From Patiria miniata (Eukaryota): a stretch of 64,000 nucleotides of DNA. Position numbers and translations under genes: made by a program. The notes below the pieces were generated by a model. The model had not been told where the DNA came from. It worked only from the letters and a program-made list of their open reading frames with translations, and did not search any database. The DNA lies in assembly GCF_015706575.1 (NCBI RefSeq), contig NW_024037060.1:1009983-1073982 (forward strand). Reading direction: 5' to 3'. Shown here piece by piece: positions 11,226-24,600 of this stretch (position 1 is its first letter; every line of letters begins with the position of its first letter).

Positions 11226-14200
11226 TTAGAGTCTACCCTTTGATTCCCAAAGAGAGAAAATTCACTCCATTGGACCAGACGTTTTAGAGTGAAAATCATT
11301 CAATTAGATCGAGTTTTCACTCACATGTTAATAAAGAACATGTTTTTACAACTTACTAAATTTTCTCACTTACCGTTTCTGGTTGAAATTGTCTTAAAGT
11401 CGTCGACACGAGTACAGCTATGATGAAGTTAGATGTACTTTGGGCTTTAATTCCTTCCAGGTGTAAGACGAATTTCTTGCTTGCGAGGAGAAGAAATTAT
11501 CCTCTCTTTTCAAGGCCGTTAAATTTCCCCGCAAAAACTGCTGGTATTTCTCACCCCTCGGTTTTATTGTACCGCACCCCTTATAGACTCGCGCCCTTAT
11601 ACGATCCTTGTACCACTCATCTGATAACAACCACAATTAATACCAAGGTTTTTTTTTCAGAGATCGTTTGCGCCATATTTCAATGAATCTGTCGGGTCCT
11701 TTTTAGACTTTGGAGGCGGCGATTTTTGAAAATTGGTCCCAAAGTCCGTCACTGAAAGGGCGGGTCCTATGTTGCTAGATCACATGTGGCTGCAGCCGAG
11801 TCCCATCGTGCGCATGTCCAGGTGACGGTGGTGGTGGTGGTTGCTAAGCACATGCGTCTGTTTCCATAGCCAGCAAGGTATGCGTGCGTGCGTGCTCACT
11901 GTCATAATTTCTGACAGCATGTGGTTTTACTGCTGAGAAATAATTATGGTCTGGACCGTGTGCTTTGGAAAACACAGGGTTTATTTGAATGAACTGAAGC
12001 AATGATATTAGGTTTCGGATATTTAGGCGTGTATATCGTCAGAAACGCGTATGTAAAAACTAGCGGAGGTTTTTACTTCGGGAGGTGTTTTGATTTATGG
12101 TGACAAACGAAGGACTTGGTGTGATCCGAAAATCGGCAGGCTAAATGATAGATACTGAGCATTTATTATTTTCCGTCGTTAAAGCTGCAATCTCGTCCGG
12201 TTATTCTTTTTGTCAAAGAATTTGCAAGACTCGGACTAGGGCTATTATATAACTAATAAGCTTACTTTATTTTTAGTCTGAAAATTTGAGGACAATTACA
12301 GTCCAGTTCTGCTGGCACAATGCAGTTTTGTGATTTATCATAGAGCAAGAAACTTCCAAAATTACAGGACACAGACCACTGATCTCTTGTCCATTGCCCT
12401 TATCTTGGTTGTAAACTCTGCTCGGGCTATCGGTGGGATAGACCCATTTATTATGTCTCCTCTTGAATCTCCACTGAACAAATATCATTAATAACCAAAA
12501 TACACAAGAGTAAGTTTATATACATTTCCGATAGATAACCTTCCATTCAATCCCGCTGATTAAAAGCGCATACTTAATCAAATGAACTGTAGGTGTGAGT
12601 GGGAGCGGCCACAAAGATTTGCATTCCTTTGCGTGGTTTATTGGTTGTTCCCTTTTTAAATTTATTTCATGAGATTAGCGGCACCTCCGGTATGACCACA
12701 GCTAAAATGGAGTGGCGCCCACCCCTACTATATGAATTTCCTCTCAATTTTGAATCTTCATTGAAAACTTCGCATAAAAATGACAGTAACATAAAAAACG
12801 TAATTTAAAAAAAAAATTTTTTAACAATAATAACGTCCCTTATAGTCCCCGCCCCCCCCCCCTCCCGTGTCCCGGTATCCCCTCCCCTCCCTCCGCCTTT
12901 GAAACTTTTTCCCAGGATCCCAGGGACATTTTGTGGAGTTTGTGTTTGAGAAACGTTGAGTGTTTTGCCCAAATTGAGGAAAAAGTTCGCAGTGACGCAG
13001 TAATATTGTCTGCTGCATGAGTGGCGGGGGGGGGGGATTCAAGCCTACATTGTTAGGATCAGCAGTGATGGAACAGCAAGGCGGACAGTCGGGGTGTTTT
13101 ACCAATACCGACCTGCAAACTATACACTGTAATAACATCTAGTTCGATTCTAGAAAACAGTTCAACTTGTACCCAGCTGACTACAGCTAGGGTCAGGTGG
13201 TCAGAGGGATAATCCCCCTCCTGAAAGCCAGATCCGCCCCTGGCGAGGTGGAGGGATGGGGATCGAACTATCTGATTCAATGGGGGCGCTGTTCAAAGCG
13301 GGCAATCTATTGTAAATATACGTTCTGAAAATTAAATCTACCACTACCAAGCGGGGGAGGCTATTACTAGGACCTAGTACAACAAGTTTGAACATCTGTT
13401 CCTTGCTCTATGGTTTGAAGTTGCTTGTGCTTTCATTTCCCTAATAATAATAAATAATAGGCGTTACTAGACCTATTATTTTGTAGGACGTGGCTCATCC
13501 GGTGTCATGATAATACGTATTATACTCTACTTGGAAAAAGAGTGATGAGTTTCATCCCAGTTTGGCTATTGCAAGTCTAATTTCTATTCTTATTTTGATT
13601 GTACGTCAGCTAATTGACATAACTAAGGGGTGAGGGGTTTCTGGCCTGTGCTCCCTTGCCCCCCCCCCCCCCCCAACTTGTTTCCGGCTCCATCCATTCA
13701 GCTGATGACGAAAGGACCAATAACAAGTCTAAAAGGCTTCCCTTGTATTTCAAGTCTGACACCATGAAAAAGTTTACGTGAGTTTTAGTTATGTTGTCTT
13801 AGAGAACCAGACCTCTGTTGAAAGTGGGTGGTGCAACCGCCGGCAATGCGGGTCGTTTGGTGGTGCAATACATCGTTGTCTTGGTTTTGTTTTTTACCAA
13901 ATTGCAAGTCAGCAATAAAGAGAATTCATGAGACAGAAGATTCCAGAAGTGATGAGGCTGAGAATGAGATGATGACAGTGTTTGCAATTTGTCGGGTACT
14001 TTTAAGTAGCTAGCTAGGCCAGACATGCCAGATAGAGTGCGGCTGTATCTGTGACTGTGTATCATTTAATCGTCGCTTGTTGCATGCACGAAGCTGAGCT
14101 AGGAAGTACACTGCACTGTCACTAGGAATAGGATTGCTAACGTTCTGTGTAGGTAATTTTGCTTTTTCCCCCCTTCTTATTTTGCTGTGCACTAGTTCGA

Positions 14201-14407
14201 GTTTTATTGAAACCTACAAAATTCCTTTTTTAATATTTGGATGTGATGATCACATCGAAATGTAAAAAAAAACACAAATGATTTGTGGGAGCAAGTAAAA
14301 CTAGTTGTAGGCCTAGCTAGGCCTATACTATAAATACGGTGTGCAATGCAGTTTGTAGAAGTAGCTCAGCCTCAGCTGGCCATGTCAGCCTCAGCCTCAA
14401 GCCTTGG

Positions 14408-14632
14408 GAAAGAATGTTGCAACCTGATTCTGCTTTATTTCTTCATATATCATGTCAATCATGTCAATAAAGGTCAGTCATTGCAAAAATGATGATAAGA
14501 CATAAATCTAGGACTGAGTTAAACATTTCCAATTTTGTTAGGAAATACTTTGAAAATGTTATTGACTCTCCATAGACATGATAGACTTTGTACACAACCG
14601 CTGAAGTGGCGTCAGGTTGCAACATTCTTTCC
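14408..14632. repeat. 20-bp perfect inverted repeat pair (gaaagaatgttgcaacctga / tcaggttgcaacattctttc) separated by ~185 bp, ~300 bp upstream of TEP1 ATG
   Basis: seen directly at 14408-14427 and 14613-14632. Confidence 0.7.
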
Positions 14633-14902
14633 AACAAGCTTTGAAATGGATTTATGTTGAGCATGGTTAGGTCTATGTTTAACTCAAATGTCATTCAGTA
14701 TGGAGATAAACAGGAAACAATGATCATGAGTAAAGCAGCAACGCGTACATACATGAACATTACTTAAGAAAGAAAAAAAACGAAGTAAAAATGGTCTCCT
14801 AACAATCCCCAGGATGCAACTGACTCAACTTATTTTGTGTCAAACACAGGTAAATGTGCTCCTGAAGTACAAGTTGGAAGGTAGAATTGTCGAAGTTCCA
14901 CC

Positions 14903-15610
14903 ATGAAGACGGAACTCCGTCAGCGTTTAGACAATCCCCTTCTTGCGTCGAGTCTCACTGGAAAGGGAGGTCCTGGCGCAGGCATCGGAAAAAGCTCTTC
15001 TCTTTTGCTCAGCAACCCCCTTCTGCAGACAAGCAAGACCAAGGATGCACCGACCACGGGGACCAGGGACAAGAATGTTCTGGGTTCCCATGCAGCATCC
15101 AAGCCGGTGTCTGTCAGTATGAAGCAGGAGAGCCTAAGCCTTCGGCACAACCGTCTCCTGCTTGGCTCTAATCTGACCCCCTTGACGTCATCCTCTTCAC
15201 TGAGTAGCACATCGTCGAAGCTAGGAAGCCTGTTTGGCAAACCACCAACATCGGCAGTCTCCAGCAAGTCGACACTTCTCTCAGCGAAGAGTCCACGTCT
15301 GCCAACAAGCAGTACCCTGACCAAAGAAGTATCTTCCAGAGCTCAGGCCAGGCTAGTAAAACATCGCCCTGTTCATCGCCAGATACCGTCACAGCATCCA
15401 CGTCCAGCCCAGCATAAGAAAGTTGCAGAGAGCAGCGTACATCTAGCCGAGCTAGCCGCAGACTTTGAGATTCCTGAGTACAACTTTCACGGTGATTTCG
15501 GGGATGCGGAGGACCAATTCTGGGACTTGGATGACGAGACGTGCTTTGAGGCTGTTGATCCGGAGGTCTTGTCACTTATGATCTCATCTGAAGATGCCAA
15601 GTCTAAAAAG
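14903..15610 (+). CDS. TEP1: TEP1 exon 1: start codon, S/T-rich N-terminus and acidic tail
   Basis: Kozak ccaccATGa; ORF 14903-15790; donor AAG|gtgagt at 15611; peptide [14 protein letters not shown]...[15 protein letters not shown]...EDAKSKK. Confidence 0.75.
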
Positions 15611-18600
15611 GTGAGTCCTCATACAGACAGTTCAGAATGTCACATCTATTTTATAATTCTTAGGCACTCCTTTATGCAGTCATCCTCCGAGAGTTATTAT
15701 GAAGAGCAAATTATCCACCCAACAAATAAAAATTCATTTGAAGTTATTCTTGATGATACCTCAATGGCAAATTACAAAGTACCAAGGTAACAGGGACGGG
15801 AAAAATGCCTCACATTGGACCCTCAATTTATAGAATGGTCCCATACGCACTGTGTATTGGCACTGGACATAATGTAAGTGAATTTATGTTTTTTTACAAT
15901 AAATATAGGTGTATAGAGTGATTTTGATTTGTCATTATTGAGAATATGTTCAATTAAGATATCAATATTTGGGTCAAACTCTCTACAGTTCACCCCACAC
16001 TATGCATTTTTACTCTTGCAGAAAAATTAAGAAATTCCACTATATATTTTTTTGGAGAAAAATACTATTAAGAATGGACAGTGGTAGTCAGCCCACCCCC
16101 CACCCCCCCCCCCAAAAAAATCTGCCCATGAAGCAAGGCTTTTCAAAGACAAATGTATAAGTAATTTGCATGAACTTAGTCATGAGCTTCTTTCAGTATT
16201 TCACTATGTTGCATCATTGGTCACTTTTTCTGATGATGCAGCATTTATTTGCTTATCTGCACGATGAGTCACCTCCTAACCTTACAACAATACAAGCACA
16301 AGTACATGAAGTGTAGCGCTGTGTTTACACCAAGTAACCAGGCTTGGAGAACCATGGGAGAACATACATGTTTGTTTTTATAATACTACATAACATACAT
16401 CAAAAAACAAAACTACCAAATTATTATGGAATACCTCACTTGACTGTAAGTGAATAATAGTCTCAAGCATCCTGTGAAATCACGGCACCTGGTGTGCTGT
16501 CATTTTCAAGAAAAGTGAAATGTTTGTATCTATTTCCAATGATGGTTGGCCAACCATCGTTAAAAAAAAAATGACTTTTTTCAAATACTACCTCCAATTT
16601 ACCAAATTTAGTTACCTGATTATTACCTGCATACCTGATTATTAGGTTTTAATAATAATCCTTCCGTGAAATTCTATGTAGGCTAACTTTGTTTGTTTTT
16701 AACTCATTTCTTGACAGACATCCTTGATCAATCTCGTCAGTTCTTCCCTGGTCAACAATCCCAGCTTCAAAAAGCCAAAGGATGAAACCAGAATAGCTCT
16801 CGTGAAGAATGCAGACTCAGTCATCCAAATAGACCCTGAGTTTTTGCTGAAGGTTTGTGACTTTGGGATGTTGTTTGTTTGTTTGTTTGTTTGCTTGTTT
16901 GTTTTATGGAAGTTGCCCAATGTGCACTGCATTGTGAATAGCCTAAATTCACAACATGTGAAAAATATTGCAAACTGATGATTACAATAAAATAATAAAT
17001 GATGACCCCAAGTTCCATTTAAAAGATCTCACAGATCTGCAACAATGAGTAAATTCTAATACCGGAGTCTGTGACAAAACTAGTCAGTGTCTGATACCAA
17101 GACATTCGCATGGAAAATGAATGTGAAGTTGGGAGACTTGCACACTCGTTTATTCAGTGACAGGTTTTATTTTCCATTTCCATTGTGCACAGGTTGCGTT
17201 GTACACCAGGAAGGATCTGAACATTCGTAGCACGGCCAACTTCCTGTTGGCATTGGCTTCTAACCGTCGGGAATGCCGACCCTACCTGAAGAAGTACTAC
17301 AAGCTGTCCATAGCCCTGCCATCAGATTGGGCCCATGTCGCCGATCTGTACCTTGTAAGCAACACCCCCAGGTTTATTCATAACGCTTCACTACCGTTTT
17401 TTGGCAACTTCCAAGTTAAATTGCTAATTTTCTTGCAAACCTTATTACATGAGATGAGTGCATAAAGTTAAAATACAATGCTTTTGAAAGACTATTCTGA
17501 GTATCAGACTTTCACTTAAAGGGAATATACAACATTTGCAAACATCGAAAAATAAAACTACCAAGTTTTGCGAAATACCTTAATAGGATGTTGGTAAATG
17601 ACAGTCTAAAGCATCCTGTAAAATTATGGCACCTGGTATACTGTCATTTTCAAGAAAAGTGGTATTTTTGTATCAATTTCCAACGCTGATCGGCCGATCA
17701 GCGTTGGAAACAACTGGCTTTTTTTTCAAATACTGGCCCCAATTGACCATTGCACTTGTTTGCAATCGATTACAAACCTATGAACGGGTACGAGCCAGCT
17801 AGACTGGTTCCCTGACCTTACAATTCCCAAATGTATGTAAACTGCTCTGTTTCTTCTTATATGGAGTCAGGGAACCAGACTACAGGAAAATGATCGTTTT
17901 TCTTGGTTTTTATAGCATTTTCGAACCCAAAACCTCCAAAAAGTCAGTGTAACTATATTTGCTTTATATTTCCAACCCCCCAATTCCATCCATTTCTGAA
18001 AATTACAGCAAAAGCAAATGATGTATATTCCCTTTAACAAGAGCCACACGACGAACGTCTGATATATCCTTGCAGGGCAAATTTTTTGCAACTCCGCGTG
18101 CAGCTTATCGGAGTCAACGTTAGAAATTGTGACGTCAGTTCGATCAGACATGTGGACTAAGCTGTTGATTGGTCAATTTGGCTACCATGTATTTGTAGTA
18201 CATCAACAGGTTGCAGAGGACACTCGTGATAGAAGGCGATCAAGACGCGGTGTTCTTTTGCATGATTAAATTCCACTGGTACACATAATCTTGAGACTGT
18301 TTTCATAAAATGTAAACCCCTTTTTTTTTTATGGGATTGTGTGTTTCTATTTTCTGTTGCTTTGTTTTCCTGCAGTCATTTCAAGATAAGGAACTGAGCT
18401 ACAGATCACTACCGTCTGCTCTGAGGAAGGTCATGGTGGCAAAGTTCCCGGACTTCGATACTTATCAACTGGGTAAGTAACCAAAACACACAGGCACTTC
18501 TCGTCTTTTCAAGATCACTCACATTTTTAGATTATTCTTACTGGAAAAACGCTATCTGGATTATCCATATGCTGGATGATTAGCTATTCCAATATTTGAT

Positions 18601-21600
18601 GTATTTGGCACAGCCCTATTTGTCGTACATCCTCCGCTCAGTACGTGCAGGAATCAGCATGCATGATCCCCTTCTCCCCCCCCCCCCATTAAATTCTTGT
18701 GAAGGGTCACAAAGTGGCATCTACTGTCCATAAACGTCTTAAAAGTAAATCCCCTCCTCCCTCATCTTTATGAAGGCAAATACAACAAGACCAAGAAGCC
18801 CAAGAAGAAGAAGATCGACCGTAAGAAAAAGAAGAGCCAAAGCAAGGAGGAGGATCACCAAGACGACAAGGACGAGGACGACAGCGAGGGTGATGACGAT
18901 GAACATTATAAGATGGCATGTCATCTTCCTCTTCATCATGAACATGATGAAGAGGAAGATGACGCGGAGAAGATAGAACCAGAGCCAGTGGAGGAGGACC
19001 ACTATCAGGACGAGCATGGATTCTGCGACAGTTACACCCTCAAGCAGCTTATCAGGAAACTCCACGTTATGGAGCCTGTGGAGAGCGTCATGTGCCTTGT
19101 TGGCAAGAAGTAAGTGAGATATTGTTGTTCGGTGTATCTGCTTTTACATCACGTCCATTATGGCCTAGGGTTGATTTCATGACATTTATTGTAACTTGTG
19201 AACCAACATAGAGTATAGTTAAGGATCCAAAATTGGAATATTCTGTATATTCAGCACAGCCCTAATAGTCCCTGAATATGTGACCTACTGAGGCAAAATG
19301 AGGAATGTCCCCCAAAACTTTGTTTTGAGCAATCAACGCCTGAAGTCGGATATACTAGAAAAATCATGTGAAAAATCGTTTTTGATTGTTTTGTATTTTT
19401 GTGTTTTGTATTTTTGAGTAGCCAAGGTATCCAAGATTCACACTATGCATTTTTGTTGGGAAAAAATAACCCAAAAAGTGGAAAGAATAAAGAACATTTC
19501 TCACTGCCGTTGGCTGCGCAATGCATGACTTTTTTTTCAAAGCCGTTTTTCACAAAATGAGGTTAGAGAAACTTGGCAGGACACTGTTGAAGTTCCTGCG
19601 TCATATCTTTGGAATAAATTAAGCTATATAGCAATAAATTTGGTATCATTGGAAAGCCAATGATTTGCGCTTTAACATGATGTATATAAAACGTGAAAAG
19701 TCAAAGGTGAGGGTTATTCCTCATTATGCTATGGCAGGTCACATATTGCAAAATCCACCACAAACATTTGGCATATCTTATTCTCCAGGTACCCTGACAG
19801 TCTGGAGGCTTTCTACAAGACTCGCCTACCGGGGACCTGGGACCCAGACCGTGCAGGCAAGCGCATGAAACTGCCTACCCCAGAGACTTGGGAGACCCAA
19901 GTGTCACTGAAGGGAAACAAGGCCTCTACATGGGAGGACTTAATAGGTGGGTCAGAGGTCACATCTTCATTACATATATGTGAAGTTATCAGTAAACCTT
20001 GGTTAAAGACATATAGGATCATTAGCTTTTCATGCATGTTGTTCGTTTCCAATAATAACACCACTTATACCTGTTGAAGTTTGAGCTCAGTGGGTATTAA
20101 TTTTCTTGGGAAAACAGTGAAAACCTTGCAAAACCTTTAGATCACGAAACGCTATTTCTTTGGTAGCTCTCTTTATTAAACAAAATCAGTCAATTGACTA
20201 GCCATTGGAATTCACCTACATTTCTTCGAAATGACAGCAAGCCAGACAATTAATTTCACCAGGCCAAGTAAGCTTTTTTGAAAATAGTTTGGTAGATTAC
20301 TTTTGTGCAAGTGATCCTATGCCTTTATGGGAACCTCTGATTAATGATTAATGTAGTTTGTGCCTTACGTCAGCATTTCCAAATATCATTTCCTTAAAGA
20401 CTCGATACTTTTATTTTTATTGCAGACCACAAGAAACTGCCCTTCATGGCCATGTTGAGAAACCTACGTAACATGCTACAGGCGGGGGTCGGGCCAAAAT
20501 ACCATGCTTCCATCCTCCGCAGGCTCACCGATGAAAAGTCTGTCATCAACAGCAGGCAGTTCCCTGTCCGATTCTTCTCTGCTTACGACGTGCTGGATAC
20601 TATGCAGCTCAATCTGGAAATGCAGGAAAAACTAGGTTGATTTATTTTCTTTGTCAGTACAGCAATGAAGGATTTGTCATCTGCACTTGATACAATGATG
20701 GCGTTTTCCATTTTTGGGCTTCCAAACTTGCTTTGAAGTGATCAGGACATTTGCCTCAATGTTGCAATTTGGTCCATCGTAGGTCCTAATTAGTCCTCCA
20801 GTTTGAAGTCAAGTCACAGTCTATTCTAGTGAACTGTGACTCGGACATTCCTTTGTTATGGTTCATCATCTGTTAATACTTGTAAAAGAACTTGTGAGTT
20901 ACTTTTGACCAGACTTGTGACGGAGTTGTACCGGACTCGACTTCAATTCTCTTGCCTCGACGCAGCAGTTGATTTTGGCCAGGTTCGGCCAGACTATAAT
21001 CTTGGACACCATGTAATAGTCATCTAGACTGATGTAAAGCTCCATTTTGTGCTGTTTTTAGAAATGTTTAAATATGGTGCTGAATCATTGTACCATTTGC
21101 CATCAGTGAAATTGTGCACAGAAACAAATACCAACAAGTACCAACATCCTTTTTTTCCTTTTTTTTTTTTAGATTGTTAAAATTTGTTGTTGCATTTCTT
21201 TATTGTTGCATTTTTTCCCTACAGCTTCAGGTGAGATCCAACCTGAGGAGGATGACTTGGGCTATGGACGAGGTCGTGGGCGAGGTCGTGGGCGCGGCCG
21301 TGGGCGTGGTCGCGGGCGAGGTCGCGGGCGTGGTGCTGGCGGGCGTGGTGGCAGAGGTCGGGGTCAATGGGGAAACCGAAATGTTGGAAAACCAACGTGA
21401 GTAACCTGATTTACGTTAAAATCTAAGAATCTGTTAACTGAATCCAGATGTCATCCATTAGGAATCAAAATAAAAACGTGATTGTGTTCAACACAAATGC
21501 CAGAAAAATCATTGTCGTTACAAGTCACTGAATTGTGTGTAGTCAAGTCAAATCATTCTAAGGCAGCAACTCAAATTGAGTGAGTCATGTATTTTTAAGG

Positions 21601-24600
21601 GCTTCATGTTGATGAGCCTTTGATTCTAGTCTGTTGTTTACCGTGACTTGGGCTGTCATGTCTCAAGTTGAGTTGAGTTACCAACAAAAACACGACTCAA
21701 GTCAGAATTGAGTGAATTGAGTGACTCGAGGCTTTACAAGTTTGGCTATAATAAAAACATGTTTTTTCAATGTTATGAAAATAAGATTTTTAACAATTTG
21801 TCCCTTTCTGATTAGGGGTTAGAGTAATGCGCAATGTCAAGTATACATGTGTGTAATAAGTGATTTGAAAAACTCGCCGTGTCTATCGACCGTACAGAAA
21901 AACTCAATCATACAACCGTTTCATGACTAACTGTTTGTTTGTTTTTAAATATAGAGAGCTCAAGTACACCAAGGAGTTACTGGTTCGTTACCGCAAGGCA
22001 CTGGACACTGCCGTCAAGATAGCCACACGTCACAACATCAAACCCATCCGGGGTAAAACCTACTTACTCTGTGACATCGGGCCCAAGATGGATATGTATA
22101 CTGGTGGATCTGGAATGGACAAGGTACAGTGTGGTTCGCCTGTGGATGTTTGAAAACTCAGTCAGCCATGGATTCCTCATGACCTTTGAAACGGGGTAAA
22201 AAAGACCCCCCCCCCCCCGGTCAGTTGTGACGACATTTGAGTAGAGTGCCATGGCCTCGTGGTCTGCAGCATTGAATTATATTTCCATATTGTAGAGGGA
22301 TCGCGCATTCTTGACAAAAAAAATGTTAATACAAGACCTGACATGTAGGAGATAACGCGAGTGCATGTAGGGCGTGCAGCCTTCGAAATATGCGCCCAGT
22401 ACGCTCTGAATAGGGTCATTCTATAAATTTGGGGTCCAAAGTGTGACATTTATCCCGTCCCTGTTACCTTGGTACTTTGTAATTTGCCATTCAAGCATCA
22501 TTAAAAGTGACTTCAAATGACTGTTTATTTGTTGGGTAGGTAGTTTGCTATTCATAATCACTCTTGGAGGATGACTGCATTAAAGAGTGCATCAGAATTA
22601 TACAATCATAGATGTCAGATGTAACAGGGACGGGAAAAAAAGTGAACCCCAAATTTAAAGAATGACGCAATAGTCAATCAGCATCGGTTTCGTATTCTGC
22701 ACAGCCAGGGGTTAGTGAAGGAACATACAAACAGCCCATGTAGTTGAGTTTGCTCCTGATGAGTAGCACAAACAATTTGCTCTGCGATATTTTCTTCTCA
22801 AGAGCTTTGGTTACTTCTTGTTTTTCTCCTAGACTAGAGAGAACGGCCTCCTGCTGGGTCTTATGTGTAAACACTCTTGCGAGGAGTGCATCTTGGTCAG
22901 CTATGGGGTCAACGACCAGAAGGTCATTGAACTGGAGAAGGGAACGCTCCTGGACAATGTCAAAAGCATCGTTGAATATGCAAAGGTAATTCAAGACAAA
23001 TAAACACAATATGTGACCGGATTCCACGAAATAGGAGTAATACATTGTTCAAATTGAGTGCCTGTGGCTGCAAATTGTAAAGATGGCGATACAGTTTTCA
23101 TTTTCATTTTTTCGTTTCTTTACAATATACAGGTATATATAGGTAGGTAGGAATATAATTCATGTACACATGCATTCCGGGCCCCTTCCTCCAATAGGAA
23201 TACCAAAATGCATGTGCGCCTCGTCTTTAAGAACGCATGAAGCATGCGCGTGAGCGTCACACCACCGCAGTAAAAGCTTCTATGATGAGATTTGAAGGTT
23301 TGCATGGTGGAAAGATACTAAGACAAGATAAGTTTGCGGTAGCACCATGTGAATAAATCTCTTTTGTGAGTATGTGTGGTTCTGAAAAGAACCGGAGGGA
23401 CTCAACGTTTCGAACAGTATGCTCTGCCCATCGTCAGGAGAATGAGGGATTCCAACGATGATGCGATGATCAGCATTCCAACATCGCATCATTGTTGGAA
23501 TCCCTCATTCTCCTGACGACAGGCAGAGCATACTGTTCGAAACGTTGAGTCCCTCCGGTTCTTTTCAGAACCTCACATACTCAGGAAAGAGATTTATTCA
23601 CATGGTGCTACCGCAAACTTATCTTGTCTTAAAAGCTTCTAATTCTGGTCGCTGGATTCCTCTATACATGTATGTGTAAATCAGACTTGATTGTAAAAAA
23701 ATCGGGAAACTTGCTTAACTCAAACTCCGAATACCTAAAAAATTGTATCCATTCCCTTGAGATTTGACTTGACGAGAGTTTACTGTACTTGTGACTGGAC
23801 TCATGATTGACTTGTTGATGAATTTGACAACAATCAGTAATGCATTAAGCATTGAGTTTTACTTCACAGGCTGCTGATGGTGACATGGAGGACCACTGGA
23901 ATGCCCCGCCCAGCAAGTTAAACATGACCACCTTGTACGAGGCGCTGCGCGACCGCGTCCACATCGACAACCTGATCATTGTCGGGCAGGACTACACGGA
24001 GGACGGGACGGGCTGGAATGAGATGGAGGACTTTGTGGCCAAGTACCGTCAGCTGGTCAACCCCAACCTGATGTATGTCCAGATTGATCTGACCTCCTCT
24101 TATTCCTGGTAAGATTGTCTCTATATTTGCTCTACTATTTTGGTTTCAGACTGGATTTTGGTTTGTTCCCGAAACGCAGCACATATGTTCCCATCGTACT
24201 ATGTCAAAGATCCATGTGACCGCCCGGTTTACTCATGGTCAGCCACCATTGCAGTGTGCCAGCATTTGGTTAGCAACTACGTCGTGTGTTGTGAACCAGA
24301 CAGTAGGGCTTATTTTCACTTAAATATGCTAATACTTAACCAAATGGCAATATGGTCACTACGTGTGCCCTTGAAGGTTTTCATAATCATTTAGTACTCA
24401 ACCCAATAAATGCTTAGCACACTTCACAGGTGTGCCTTAACTTGAGTATATCGCACATGAGGTACGCTCACAATTCCTTCGGTTCGTAGAAGCCGAGTTA
24501 CGAGGCGGATGGAACCAAAAAGTCTCTAAAAGAACCAAAGAGTCAGTGGTTGAGCAGGAAGAAGACCACATGGGCCTTATCACAAATACTCAGACAATTT

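Noticed and set aside
18739-19065. 108-aa minus-strand hydrophobic ORF
   Set aside because: Antisense of the K/E/D-rich TEP1 exon 5 (poly-AAG/GAG gives poly-Leu/Phe on the other strand).
22674-23045. 123-aa minus-strand ORF overlapping TEP1 exon 10; also 81-aa +1-frame ORF 22744-22989
   Set aside because: Antisense or off-frame reading of a coding exon. The chosen frame is the one matching TEP1 (NGLLLGLMC..) and the splice phase.
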